The translations under genes were made by a program, and so were the position numbers. A stretch of DNA of 64,000 bases from a virus (lineage: Duplodnaviria > Heunggongvirae > Uroviricota > Caudoviricetes): positions 5,472 to 69,471 of the IMG/VR virus record IMGVR_UViG_3300031420_000496. One strand, given 5' to 3'. A model generated the notes under the pieces. The model saw only the letters and a program-made list of their open reading frames with translations, searched no databases and was not told the origin of the DNA. How positions within the stretch are numbered: position 1 is the stretch's first letter; each line of letters starts with the position of its first letter. Below, one piece after another: positions 26,250 through 35,019 of the stretch.

Positions 26250-26450
26250 TTATTTTTCGACGTTGAACGTCTCGTCTTCCCACTTGGTGTACGCGATACG
26301 GGTGTTATGATTCGCGTAATGCGGGGCGTCCTTCTTCATGAAGTGGTTCAGGTCGGGATGCGCTTCTTCAAACGCAGCACGACGCGTCCACATCTCGGTG
26401 TTGGGACACCCGTAGCCGGTGTACACAAATTGTTCAGGTGGCAATGCCAT
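26250..26450 (-). CDS. hypothetical protein
   Basis: 66-aa ORF. Confidence 0.35.
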   Translation of the reverse strand: MALPPEQFVYTGYGCPNTEMWTRRAAFEEAHPDLNHFMKKDAPHYANHNTRIAYTKWEDETFNVEK

Positions 26451-26634
26451 TTTCGATTTCCATGTAGATTGCTTTGATTTCCGGCTTCACCGCGTCGCTC
26501 TTCAGGACCATGTCCATGATGTCGCACGAGATGCGGTCAGCAGTGACGCCGAAGCCCATCTTTTCCAGGCGAACCTTGATGTCGCCCTGCAATTGAAGGG
26601 CGGCTTGAATTGTTTCGAATTTTGCTGGACTCAT
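26434..26634 (-). CDS. hypothetical protein
   Basis: 66-aa ORF. Confidence 0.35.
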   Translation of the reverse strand: MSPAKFETIQAALQLQGDIKVRLEKMGFGVTADRISCDIMDMVLKSDAVKPEIKAIYMEIENGIAT

Positions 26635-27098
26635 GTGAAATGTACCATTTCAGATTCGGTGTAACCCATTTCCAATAATTGTTTCTTGGATGGTTTGATT
26701 TTGCCGCCGTACTTCAGTGGCGACTTCTGCCGGTAATAACGTTTGCGCTGCCGGCGCGACTCGTCTTCGCCACGCGACTTGTACAGCGTCTTCACGTGCT
26801 CGAAGATCAGCTCTTCGTCATCGTCAGTCGTGTAGCCATCGCCACGCCAGAAACTTTGCTCGAAGCGAACCTTCATGACGATCTTGTCGCCATGTTTCAT
26901 GCGATAGCATTGTGGCGGCAACCAGTCGCAGAACGCAGCGAGTTCGCTGGTCGAACGTTGCAACCAGTCTTGGCCGCCGTAGTCGTTCTTGTCAATGCCA
27001 CTCAGGCAATTGATCGAGACGTACAGACTGCTTGAGCTGTCATCGTCGCCATCTTTCTCGACGGACAACAGCGCGGTTCCGCTTTGATAGATGCCCAT
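26631..27098 (-). CDS. hypothetical protein
   Basis: 155-aa ORF. Confidence 0.45.
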   Translation of the reverse strand: MGIYQSGTALLSVEKDGDDDSSSSLYVSINCLSGIDKNDYGGQDWLQRSTSELAAFCDWLPPQCYRMKHGDKIVMKVRFEQSFWRGDGYTTDDDEELIFEHVKTLYKSRGEDESRRQRKRYYRQKSPLKYGGKIKPSKKQLLEMGYTESEMVHFT

Positions 27099-27100
27099 GA

Positions 27101-27367
27101 TTAGACGAAGTCGGCCAGGTCGCTGACTTGCAGCAACTTCGATTGCTCGACCATGAACCAGGTTTTCGGACGGCCGTCTGGACGAGCGAACGTAGCGATT
27201 TCGTCTTCGCTGAAGCCGACGGCAGCAGCGGTGAAGAAGCCGTTGTTCACGAGGCAGACCGGCATTTCTGTCTCGGTGATTGCCGCGTCGACCACGCTGA
27301 CACGGCGGCCTTCACGTTGCAGGAATGCTTCTTTGGTTTCGTTGTCCGGATTGACGTAGCAGCCCAT
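27101..27367 (-). CDS. hypothetical protein
   Basis: ORF from MGCYVNPDNE. Confidence 0.4.
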   Translation of the reverse strand: MGCYVNPDNETKEAFLQREGRRVSVVDAAITETEMPVCLVNNGFFTAAAVGFSEDEIATFARPDGRPKTWFMVEQSKLLQVSDLADFV

Positions 27368-27368
27368 G

Positions 27369-28018
27369 TTATGCTCCTTCGATGGTTTCGATTTCAGTTG
27401 TGATGGTTGCATTGCCCGTGAGCGCTGCAAATGGATCGGCGCGAACAACAGCCACGCGCTTCACGATCGATCCGTCCGGCATTCTCGTTACCGTAACGGT
27501 GTTGACCGATGGTTTCTTTACTGCTGGCTTCTTGACAGCGGTCGCAGCTTTCTTGACTGCGGCCTTTGCCTTCGATACGCTTTCTTGAATTGTACCATGC
27601 TTGTTGTTGCCACGGTTGGCTTTCGTCGGATTTACATTCGCATCCGTCAAACGGCCGCTGATGATGTGCGACAGCTCGATCAGTTCTTTCTTGACCGAAC
27701 GCAGGTTGCTCGACGACTTCACAGATTGTGCGACGTCGACCAATCGCTTTTCCATACGCGACAGTTGTTTCTTTTCCGGAATGCCATCAGCCTCCGGCCG
27801 CAGAAATTCCGGATTGATGAAGTTGTACAGACGCGGTGCAACCCAGTTGACTGGTCCCAGCTTTGAGTCTTCCGACACGAGGATTTCGAGACCGACCCAT
27901 TGCGCAGCATGATCCGCCGGACGATGGTCTTTCCAGAAGCCAGTGGACATTTCGGGAATGAGGACATCTCGCAGCAGTGCGACTTGCACTGCTGATGATA
28001 CGTAGAGTTTCTTCGACA
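27369..28018 (-). CDS. hypothetical protein with Lys/Ala-rich histone-H1-like tail
   Basis: AKAAVKKAATAVKKPAVKKP. Confidence 0.45.
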
Positions 28019-28070
28019 TGATGTTTCCTATGTGGTGAAAGATTATACCTTGATGCACCGTGTACGCATA

Positions 28071-28886
28071 CTATTTGCGACGCTTTTTCTTCTTGTGCTT
28101 CTGCGGCTTCGGTGAGGGTTCGCCAGTGATTGCGCGACGGATTGTCCACGCATCTTGCATGCGAGCTGAACTCGATCCAGCATTGAGCAAGACGATGGTT
28201 GCAGTTTTACCAGCAGCGACGATTCTCATGACAAAGCATCGACCTGATTCTTCGATGTAACCAGTCTTTGACAGACGAATGTCCCAGCCGTTTGCGCCAA
28301 CTAATCTGTTGGTGTTCTTGAAATTTGTACCGTGGATTTGAACCAATTCGGTCGTGGTGATGCGGGTGATGTCTGGATATGCTGATGCCGCTATTGCGAT
28401 GATGGCAAGATCACGTGCGGTGGATACATTGCTTGGCGAGAGTCCGGATGGTTCTACAATCGATGTTCCGCGAAGTCCCAATGCTGCGATTTTCGCTCGC
28501 ATTGCTTCTTGGAATGCTGGTAGTCCGCTTGGATACGTTCTGCCCAGTGCAGTTGCAGCTCTGTTGTCGGAGTGCATCAGCGCGAGTTCCAACGCCTCTG
28601 CTCGTGTCATCTGCCAACCAACACGAACACGTGACATGCTGTGCTTGATTTCATCGACATCAGACTGTTGAATCGTAATTATTTCCTGCATGTTCTGATG
28701 TGCGTCCAGCACTACCATTGCAGTCATGAGTTTTGTCAGTGACGCGATTGGGCTGACGAGGTCAGGTTGTTTTTCGAACAACACTTGACCACCGTCTTCA
28801 ATAACGAACACTGACTGTGAGTTGAACTTCGCGGCAGAACACGTCGCTGAAATCATCCACAACAGAGTAACAAACAGCTTCTTCAT
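28071..28886 (-). CDS. D-alanyl-D-alanine carboxypeptidase/endopeptidase (S11, PBP5/PBP7-like)
   Basis: signal peptide, SLTKLMT (SxxK), SDN and KTG motifs. Confidence 0.8.
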   Translation of the reverse strand: MKKLFVTLLWMISATCSAAKFNSQSVFVIEDGGQVLFEKQPDLVSPIASLTKLMTAMVVLDAHQNMQEIITIQQSDVDEIKHSMSRVRVGWQMTRAEALELALMHSDNRAATALGRTYPSGLPAFQEAMRAKIAALGLRGTSIVEPSGLSPSNVSTARDLAIIAIAASAYPDITRITTTELVQIHGTNFKNTNRLVGANGWDIRLSKTGYIEESGRCFVMRIVAAGKTATIVLLNAGSSSARMQDAWTIRRAITGEPSPKPQKHKKKKRRK

Positions 28887-28904
28887 GGATGACTTCCTTT
28901 CGTG

Positions 28905-29405
28905 TTACATGGCTTTGCGGAGTTGCTTGACTTCCGTGGTTTCGACGATCAGTTCGAAACCTTTGATGACGAGCGGTTCGCGGTCTTTGTAGTACGACTT
29001 GCGATTGTACACCGACTTCGCGTACTGCATCGTGCGATCCTTCATCAGATCGAACTGCTCGTCGGACGGCATCTCGTCGAAGTAGATCGCGACCGACTCG
29101 TAAGCCGGAAAACCCTTTTGATCTTCAGCCGCGTCGAAGTGCGTGCCCATGCCGTTGTTGAGACGACCGGGCGTCGGGTAGATTTTGCACGGCCTGTCGC
29201 AGCGCCCATCATCGGGCGCGACGCCGATGATGTCTGCGAACAGATCAGCTTGTTCATCGCCGACTTCGTCGAGGAAGTCGCTTGCCAGGTCTTCACCCAC
29301 ACCGCAATCACCGACTTGGCCGGTGATGTACGCGCACAGCTCACGCTCGAAATTGCCAGCGTACGCGTTGGTGTGGATGACGAAGATGATTCGTTCGTCG
29401 GACAT
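28905..29405 (-). CDS. hypothetical acidic protein
   Basis: 166-aa ORF. Confidence 0.45.
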   Translation of the reverse strand: MSDERIIFVIHTNAYAGNFERELCAYITGQVGDCGVGEDLASDFLDEVGDEQADLFADIIGVAPDDGRCDRPCKIYPTPGRLNNGMGTHFDAAEDQKGFPAYESVAIYFDEMPSDEQFDLMKDRTMQYAKSVYNRKSYYKDREPLVIKGFELIVETTEVKQLRKAM

Positions 29406-30514
29406 TATTTACGACCTTTCGCTTCACGTTTGATTGCGGCCAGTGCGGCCGGATGCACAGGCCAGTTCACCCGTTCGATGTCGAGCGGATCGACGTCACG
29501 CCATTTCGGATGACCATCAGCTTGCAGGTTGTCCACGTTTTTCGTGATGCAGCTGACGAGCGTACCGATTTCCTTCTGGTACTGGTTCTTGTACGCGAAC
29601 GTGGCCAGCACGTTGTTGACCTTGTACGTCGGCACAGCGTCGCCTTGGAAGCCGTACGTGTGCGATGCCAGCGACGTCTTCGTGTAGTACCCGTACTTGT
29701 CGAGCGTCGGATTGCTCAGCGGCACCAGCTTGATGCCTTTGGCGGTCGTCAGCACCGTGATCGGTTGACCGGCCACGATGAACTCGACGTCGGCGTCGCC
29801 ACGTTGCACTGCAGCGAGACCGTCTTTCTGCGACAGGTTGCCGGACACAGTGTTCCACTTGATGCCGGTCATCTGCTTGATGAGCTGCACGGTAACCCAC
29901 GTGCCGGAACCTTCCGGACCTTCCACTACGCGCTTGCCGGCCATGTCAGCCAGCGAGTTGATCGGTGCGCCGTTCTTGGCGATGGCGTGGACTTCGACCG
30001 AGAAGAACGGGAAGACTGCGACGACGCGCGACATCATCTTCGGATCGATCTTGCGTTGGTAGTCCAGCGCATCTTCTTGAATGATGCCGAACTGCGAGTT
30101 CTTGTCGGTGTAAATCTTGTTGATGTTGTCGACGGAACCGTTGGTGATGACGTTGCGCAGCGGGTAATCCGGCGTCGAGCAGACCTTGATGATGTCTTCG
30201 ACCATCGGATAGTTGGTGCCGGTCTTCTGGCCGGACGCGATGCCGGCGCCAGGAAGTTTCTGGCCGTTTGCGACTTCGAGCGAGGATTCGGATGGTACCG
30301 CGTTCACGCTTGCGGGTTCACGCGTCGGCAGTTCTTCACGCGGTGCGACGGGATCGCCACGTTGAACTTCCGGTGCTGCCGCGACTTCGGCGTCTTTCGT
30401 TTCGGCCACTTCGGTCTTGTCATGCTTCGGCATGAACTTGTACGCGCCGAAACCGGCGGCGCCGACGATTGCTGCGACGATCAGTGCTTTTGGGAGAGCT
30501 TTGAGCTTTGCCAT
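29405..30514 (-). CDS. membrane-anchored periplasmic solute-binding protein (TAXI/NMT1-like)
   Basis: N-terminal TM anchor; NVITNGSVDNINKI..FGIIQED pattern like TAXI/NitT-TauT SBPs. Confidence 0.6.
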   Translation of the reverse strand: MAKLKALPKALIVAAIVGAAGFGAYKFMPKHDKTEVAETKDAEVAAAPEVQRGDPVAPREELPTREPASVNAVPSESSLEVANGQKLPGAGIASGQKTGTNYPMVEDIIKVCSTPDYPLRNVITNGSVDNINKIYTDKNSQFGIIQEDALDYQRKIDPKMMSRVVAVFPFFSVEVHAIAKNGAPINSLADMAGKRVVEGPEGSGTWVTVQLIKQMTGIKWNTVSGNLSQKDGLAAVQRGDADVEFIVAGQPITVLTTAKGIKLVPLSNPTLDKYGYYTKTSLASHTYGFQGDAVPTYKVNNVLATFAYKNQYQKEIGTLVSCITKNVDNLQADGHPKWRDVDPLDIERVNWPVHPAALAAIKREAKGRK

Positions 30515-30525
30515 GATGTTGGTCC

Positions 30526-30708
30526 TTATCCGTAGAAGTTCGGGTCAATGGTCTTGACCAAATCGTACTCGTGGCCTTCGGTACTTACCGACATGCCGCG
30601 GCACTGGAAGTGATACTGTGCACGCAACGCCAAGTCCAGCTTATTGGCATCGCCTGCTTCGAGCGCGTCATCGATCTGATTTTCGATGTTCTGACTTTTC
30701 GTGTTCAT
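30526..30708 (-). CDS. hypothetical small protein
   Basis: 60-aa ORF. Confidence 0.3.
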   Translation of the reverse strand: MNTKSQNIENQIDDALEAGDANKLDLALRAQYHFQCRGMSVSTEGHEYDLVKTIDPNFYG

Positions 30709-30771
30709 TCAAACTCCGTTTGGTTATGTGAAGCTATTATAGCCTGTGGTACCGGATTTGTACACAGCAGA

Positions 30772-31569
30772 TTACAGAGTATGAAACAAATCGTGCAGCT
30801 CGTTCAGCAGTGGCACGAACATTGGATGCTTCGTCACGTTGGGCTGCCACGCAAGGCCCATGGCTTTCAGATCGTATATCTTGACGATCGTCGCGCCGGG
30901 TTTTCCTTCTTCACGACCCATCACCCAGATCGTGTCGGCGATTTGAATCGCGGATTCTAGATCGTGTGTAGTGAAGATGGTCGTGTTCAGTTCATCAACG
31001 AGATTCACTTCGTTGATCAGATCGCACACCTTGTCTTTTGCGATGATGTCGAGACCGGAGAACGGTTCGTCCATCAACAAGAAGTGACGGTCGGAAATCA
31101 GCATCTGTTGAATGATGGCAACGCGTTGACGTTGACCACCAGACAACTGCACTGGATACTTGTCGCCATGATCTTGCAGGCCGAAACGAGTCAGCATCTC
31201 GACAACCCTCTTCTTGTCTTTGCAGACGAGCGTTAGGTTGCCCATGATGGTGCGGTGTTGCAACAGCGGATATGCTTGCTGCACAACACCAACACTTCCG
31301 GGCTCCGGCGCTTTGCCGATTTTTCCTTCTTCGATTTCGCCAAACTCGATCGTGCCGAGCGTCGGTCGTTGCAGACCGGCGATGCATCGGAACAGCTGCG
31401 TCTTGCCACAGCCGGACGGTCCGAGCAGCGCGACGCACTGGCCTTGATTCAGCCCCGGTCGTACCACGTTGTCGATCACGAGGTTGATGTCGCGCAAGAT
31501 GACTTTGTTACCGTACGACAAGCCAAGACCAGTGATGGTCAGCATGCGTTCTTCGAGTTTGTATTCCAT
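30772..31569 (-). CDS. ABC transporter ATP-binding protein (NitT/TauT-type)
   Basis: Walker A GPSGCGKT, signature LSGGQRQR, Walker B LLMDEP. Confidence 0.9.
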   Translation of the reverse strand: MEYKLEERMLTITGLGLSYGNKVILRDINLVIDNVVRPGLNQGQCVALLGPSGCGKTQLFRCIAGLQRPTLGTIEFGEIEEGKIGKAPEPGSVGVVQQAYPLLQHRTIMGNLTLVCKDKKRVVEMLTRFGLQDHGDKYPVQLSGGQRQRVAIIQQMLISDRHFLLMDEPFSGLDIIAKDKVCDLINEVNLVDELNTTIFTTHDLESAIQIADTIWVMGREEGKPGATIVKIYDLKAMGLAWQPNVTKHPMFVPLLNELHDLFHTL

Positions 31570-31570
31570 T

Positions 31571-32425
31571 TTACTTTCCAGTTACCAGCACGTTGGTGCC
31601 CATGCCCGGAGTCACGATGCAGCGTTCCGACTTGGCACAGGCTTCGGAGTAACGCTTGATGGCTTCGAGTTGGATGAACTGCTCGCTGTTCATGCCCAGC
31701 GCGTTACGGTACGCGTTGTCAGCTGCGGCCTTTGCGGTCTGCTCTTTCGCACGTTGTTCTTCTGCAGCGGTCGCGGCGATCAACGTCTTGTTACGTTGCT
31801 GTTGAGCAGCGGTCTCGTTCATCTGCAGCAAGACGTTGTCGTTCGGCTTCGCACGACCCAGCGTAACGCCGAGAATCGCGATTGGCAACTTGCTTTCCGC
31901 CACGAGCTTTTGCAGCGCATCGGTAACGTAGGTGTCAACACGTGTCGACGTTTCAGCATTGGACATCATGTCCGTCATGGTTTCCTTCTTGACAGCCTCG
32001 CGCACGATCGACATGTATTGGCGTTGCAAGTTGTTGACGAACCAATCCTTCGATCCGAACTTGCTCACCAGCACTTTCGCGTCGGTAATCTTGAACTGGA
32101 TCGTGGATTCGAAGTCCAGCAAGATGTTGTCTGCCGACGACAGGTCGTCGAACTTGACGTTGTATGATTGCGGTGTCATTCGTACCGGCTCGACGTCCGA
32201 CGTTCGGAACAGCAGAATACGACCTTGCTTCAGGGTTTCATCGCGTACACCGCTGGAGCCGAAGAAGTACGGCTTGTCGATGATGACCAGCTCGTGGCCG
32301 GGTTCCACGGTCTCGGTTCGCATGGCCAACAGCCACACGAGGAAGAACGTGGCGATGGCGATGATGACGAGACCTGCAATACCATACAGCAGGACGTTGG
32401 GGCTTTTAGCGGTATTCGAACTCAT
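31571..32425 (-). CDS. SPFH/band-7 (HflK/C-like) membrane protein
   Basis: N-terminal TM, SPFH-like core, Ala/Glu/Gln-rich coiled coil. Confidence 0.65.
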   Translation of the reverse strand: MSSNTAKSPNVLLYGIAGLVIIAIATFFLVWLLAMRTETVEPGHELVIIDKPYFFGSSGVRDETLKQGRILLFRTSDVEPVRMTPQSYNVKFDDLSSADNILLDFESTIQFKITDAKVLVSKFGSKDWFVNNLQRQYMSIVREAVKKETMTDMMSNAETSTRVDTYVTDALQKLVAESKLPIAILGVTLGRAKPNDNVLLQMNETAAQQQRNKTLIAATAAEEQRAKEQTAKAAADNAYRNALGMNSEQFIQLEAIKRYSEACAKSERCIVTPGMGTNVLVTGK

Positions 32426-32428
32426 GTT

Positions 32429-32722
32429 TTATCTTTTCGGAGTAAATTTGAAAAATGCTTCGTAGCTTTCGCAGTAAGCGGGTTTGTCGTATTCGACGTA
32501 CCACCCTGCGTCGCGGTAAATTTTTTCGAAGTTGAGCCATTCCCAGTCGAAGTCCTGTGTGGTCTTCGACATGATGCGATCCTTCACTTCGTTCTGACGA
32601 ATGACGAACGAACTATCGTTGTACTTCTCACTGATGAGTTCGTTGACCGCTTCGATGACAAATTCGGGAATGCCGCTCTTCACGACGTCTTTTGGGCCCA
32701 GTGGGCGAATTGGAAATGACAT
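32429..32722 (-). CDS. hypothetical protein
   Basis: 97-aa ORF. Confidence 0.4.
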   Translation of the reverse strand: MSFPIRPLGPKDVVKSGIPEFVIEAVNELISEKYNDSSFVIRQNEVKDRIMSKTTQDFDWEWLNFEKIYRDAGWYVEYDKPAYCESYEAFFKFTPKR

Positions 32723-32792
32723 TGGTTAGCCTTTAATCTCCTGTGCAGTTAGGTTACGAAGCCATTATACTTCGTAACCTATTTCTTGCACA

Positions 32793-33194
32793 TCACAGTT
32801 TGTCGGAATGTTCGCGAATTACTTTCGCGATCTTTGGGAAGTCGAATTCGTAATGGTCATTCAGATCGATCAGATCGCGAATGTATTCTGTCATCTCGTC
32901 TTGACTGTGGCTCTTCTTGTCGCGGACTTTGAGTCTCACGCCATCACCGATTTTTCCATTATCGGATCGCATGCCGGCCCAGTGCATCACTTGTTCCGGC
33001 AGCTCGCCTTCTTTGCCCATGTATTTCTCTGGGTCAGTTTCGTCCTTTGCAATTTCTGGATGTGCTTGAGCATGCAGATTGCAGAGGACACCAAGACAAC
33101 AGAACTTGTTGCCTTCACGCAGTGCGCCGGTTGTTTGGCCATACTCGCCGCTTTCAAGGGCACGTGCCCACTTCAGTGCAATTTTGCGATCCAT
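32793..33194 (-). CDS. hypothetical protein
   Basis: 133-aa ORF. Confidence 0.45.
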   Translation of the reverse strand: MDRKIALKWARALESGEYGQTTGALREGNKFCCLGVLCNLHAQAHPEIAKDETDPEKYMGKEGELPEQVMHWAGMRSDNGKIGDGVRLKVRDKKSHSQDEMTEYIRDLIDLNDHYEFDFPKIAKVIREHSDKL

Positions 33195-33982
33195 TATCGA
33201 TCACTCCGGTTTAGATTGGTGTAAGGGCAGACGGTGGCGCGCAGCAGATCAAGCAACATATCTTGAATGATACCATACGCGAGAATCGTCAGTTGAATCG
33301 CGAACACGGCCGGCAGGTTGAAGTACTTTGCTTGCACCGCCAGCAGAGCACCGATACCACCATCGCTGCGGACGTACGATTCAACCATCACGATCAGCGT
33401 CCAGCCGATTGCCGCATTTTGGCGGAGCAGGTCCAGCATCACATGCAGTCGACCCAACACACCGATTTCATATGTGATGTGCCATCCGTTCATGCCCAGC
33501 GATCGAGCGTAGTCGATGGACTCCAATGGAATCGCTTTGATTTCGTCCACGGTCGACCGCATCAAGAACACAGTCATGCCGAACGTCAACATGGCCAGTT
33601 TCAGGTGCGAACCATTTCCGCCAACCCACAGTGTGAAGAGGAACGTCAGACCGGCGAAGCCGAGGAATCGGAGCGACGCGATGAACGTTGCTCCAGGTTT
33701 AAAGAAGTCCGCAGTTGTGAGGTAGGCAGCGCCGAAGGAAATTAACGCTGACAGGATGAGCGCTTCCCAGATCACGGCTACGGACTTAAAGAGTTCCAGC
33801 AGAAGACCTTGCTTCAGTGCAAGGTCGTTCCACGCGGAGGCGATTGCCGATGGCGACGGAATACCACTGCTTGCCGGCAACAGAACCCATACAACCGCGA
33901 GAACCACGAGTTGAAAGGCTGCAAGAAACTTGATGCTGAACTTGCGCCCAGCATAAAAAGGTGTAAACAGTGAGTTGAACAT
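33194..33982 (-). CDS. ABC transporter permease (SsuC/TauC-like)
   Basis: 6 predicted TM helices, EAA-like loop IDYARSLGMNGWHITYEIGVLGRL. Confidence 0.8.
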   Translation of the reverse strand: MFNSLFTPFYAGRKFSIKFLAAFQLVVLAVVWVLLPASSGIPSPSAIASAWNDLALKQGLLLELFKSVAVIWEALILSALISFGAAYLTTADFFKPGATFIASLRFLGFAGLTFLFTLWVGGNGSHLKLAMLTFGMTVFLMRSTVDEIKAIPLESIDYARSLGMNGWHITYEIGVLGRLHVMLDLLRQNAAIGWTLIVMVESYVRSDGGIGALLAVQAKYFNLPAVFAIQLTILAYGIIQDMLLDLLRATVCPYTNLNRSDR

Positions 33983-33984
33983 TT

Positions 33985-34203
33985 TTACTTTCGAGTTGCC
34001 CGGTAGATGGCAAATGAGTAGAAGAACGCGAGATGCAGCATGCCCAACGTCGCGAACACGTACGGCCAGAAGATAATCTTGGCGTCGAACGTGAACATCG
34101 CCATTGCGAACGGGAAGAATGCACCGAACACAAAGTAGATGAACGTGAAGAAGCGGTATGGCTCGTGCAGGCTGTCGTACCAGTCGGAAAGTTTATGCAG
34201 CAT
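33985..34203 (-). CDS. small membrane protein
   Basis: ORF from MMLHKLSDWY with two hydrophobic helices. Confidence 0.4.
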   Translation of the reverse strand: MLHKLSDWYDSLHEPYRFFTFIYFVFGAFFPFAMAMFTFDAKIIFWPYVFATLGMLHLAFFYSFAIYRATRK

Positions 34204-34414
34204 CATGTTTCTCCCTCTGCTCGCACAGTTCACGATGCAGAACCGACAAGCTGTTGTAGTGCAAGTCCGGAATGTCGTAACCAGTGTCATTACTGATTTC
34301 GTTCAAGTCGGAGAAGAAATTATTTAGCGATGCAATGATTCTGGTACGAGCTTCTTGGTCCAGCTTGTCTTGCTTGGTCTTACGTTTGGTTTTGGTCATG
34401 GCGACACCACACAT
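34193..34414 (-). CDS. hypothetical protein
   Basis: 73-aa ORF. Confidence 0.35.
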   Translation of the reverse strand: MCGVAMTKTKRKTKQDKLDQEARTRIIASLNNFFSDLNEISNDTGYDIPDLHYNSLSVLHRELCEQREKHDAA

Positions 34415-34638
34415 GTCTGAGGTTTACCATCTTCGGTCACTTGAACGATGATGGTTTTCGAATACGTGAGGTAAGCGACGCCCTTGATGCAGTGTTGGTA
34501 AACATTATAGTTACCCGGTTCTACGCTTACGATCTTCACGTTGGCAGCATTGGTCGGCTGCGGTTCCGGCCTTTCCTTACGCATGCAGGCCGAAAGACTT
34601 GCAGCGATCAAAGCTAATACTATCAGACTTGCTTTCAT
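34396..34638 (-). CDS. lipoprotein
   Basis: lipobox LSAC after signal peptide. Confidence 0.5.
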   Translation of the reverse strand: MKASLIVLALIAASLSACMRKERPEPQPTNAANVKIVSVEPGNYNVYQHCIKGVAYLTYSKTIIVQVTEDGKPQTCVVSP

Positions 34639-34771
34639 TCTTCGTCCTTTTTCTCGGGTTCTGGATATTGTCGAACCGTCACGTCGATGCCGGCTTTTGT
34701 GAGTGCTTCATAGAGCTCTTCAACAGTCAGATTCTCTATGATTTTCTTCGCATGCTCGTAGAACGCTTGGT

Positions 34772-34963
34772 TCATTTGTAGTCAGCCGTCGGAGATTGTA
34801 GCGACCAGAACAGTGCAGTGAACCAGCCGACGATGGTCCAACCGAGTACCATGTTCATCATGACGATGCGATGGCCGTTGTTGTGGAGTCGAAGCAGAGC
34901 GATCATCGACGGAACGTTGTAGATGACGATGCCGAGAACGATGTAGCCGAGAATGATAAGCAT
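34772..34963 (-). CDS. superinfection immunity (Imm-like) membrane protein
   Basis: MIALLRLHNNGHRIVMMNMVLGWTIVGWFTALFWSL resembles the T4 Imm family core. Confidence 0.6.
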   Translation of the reverse strand: MLIILGYIVLGIVIYNVPSMIALLRLHNNGHRIVMMNMVLGWTIVGWFTALFWSLQSPTADYK

Positions 34964-35019
34964 GTTGAGTCCTGAAAGAAAATTAGGGAAACCCGGAGGT
35001 CTCCCTATTGTACATCAGC

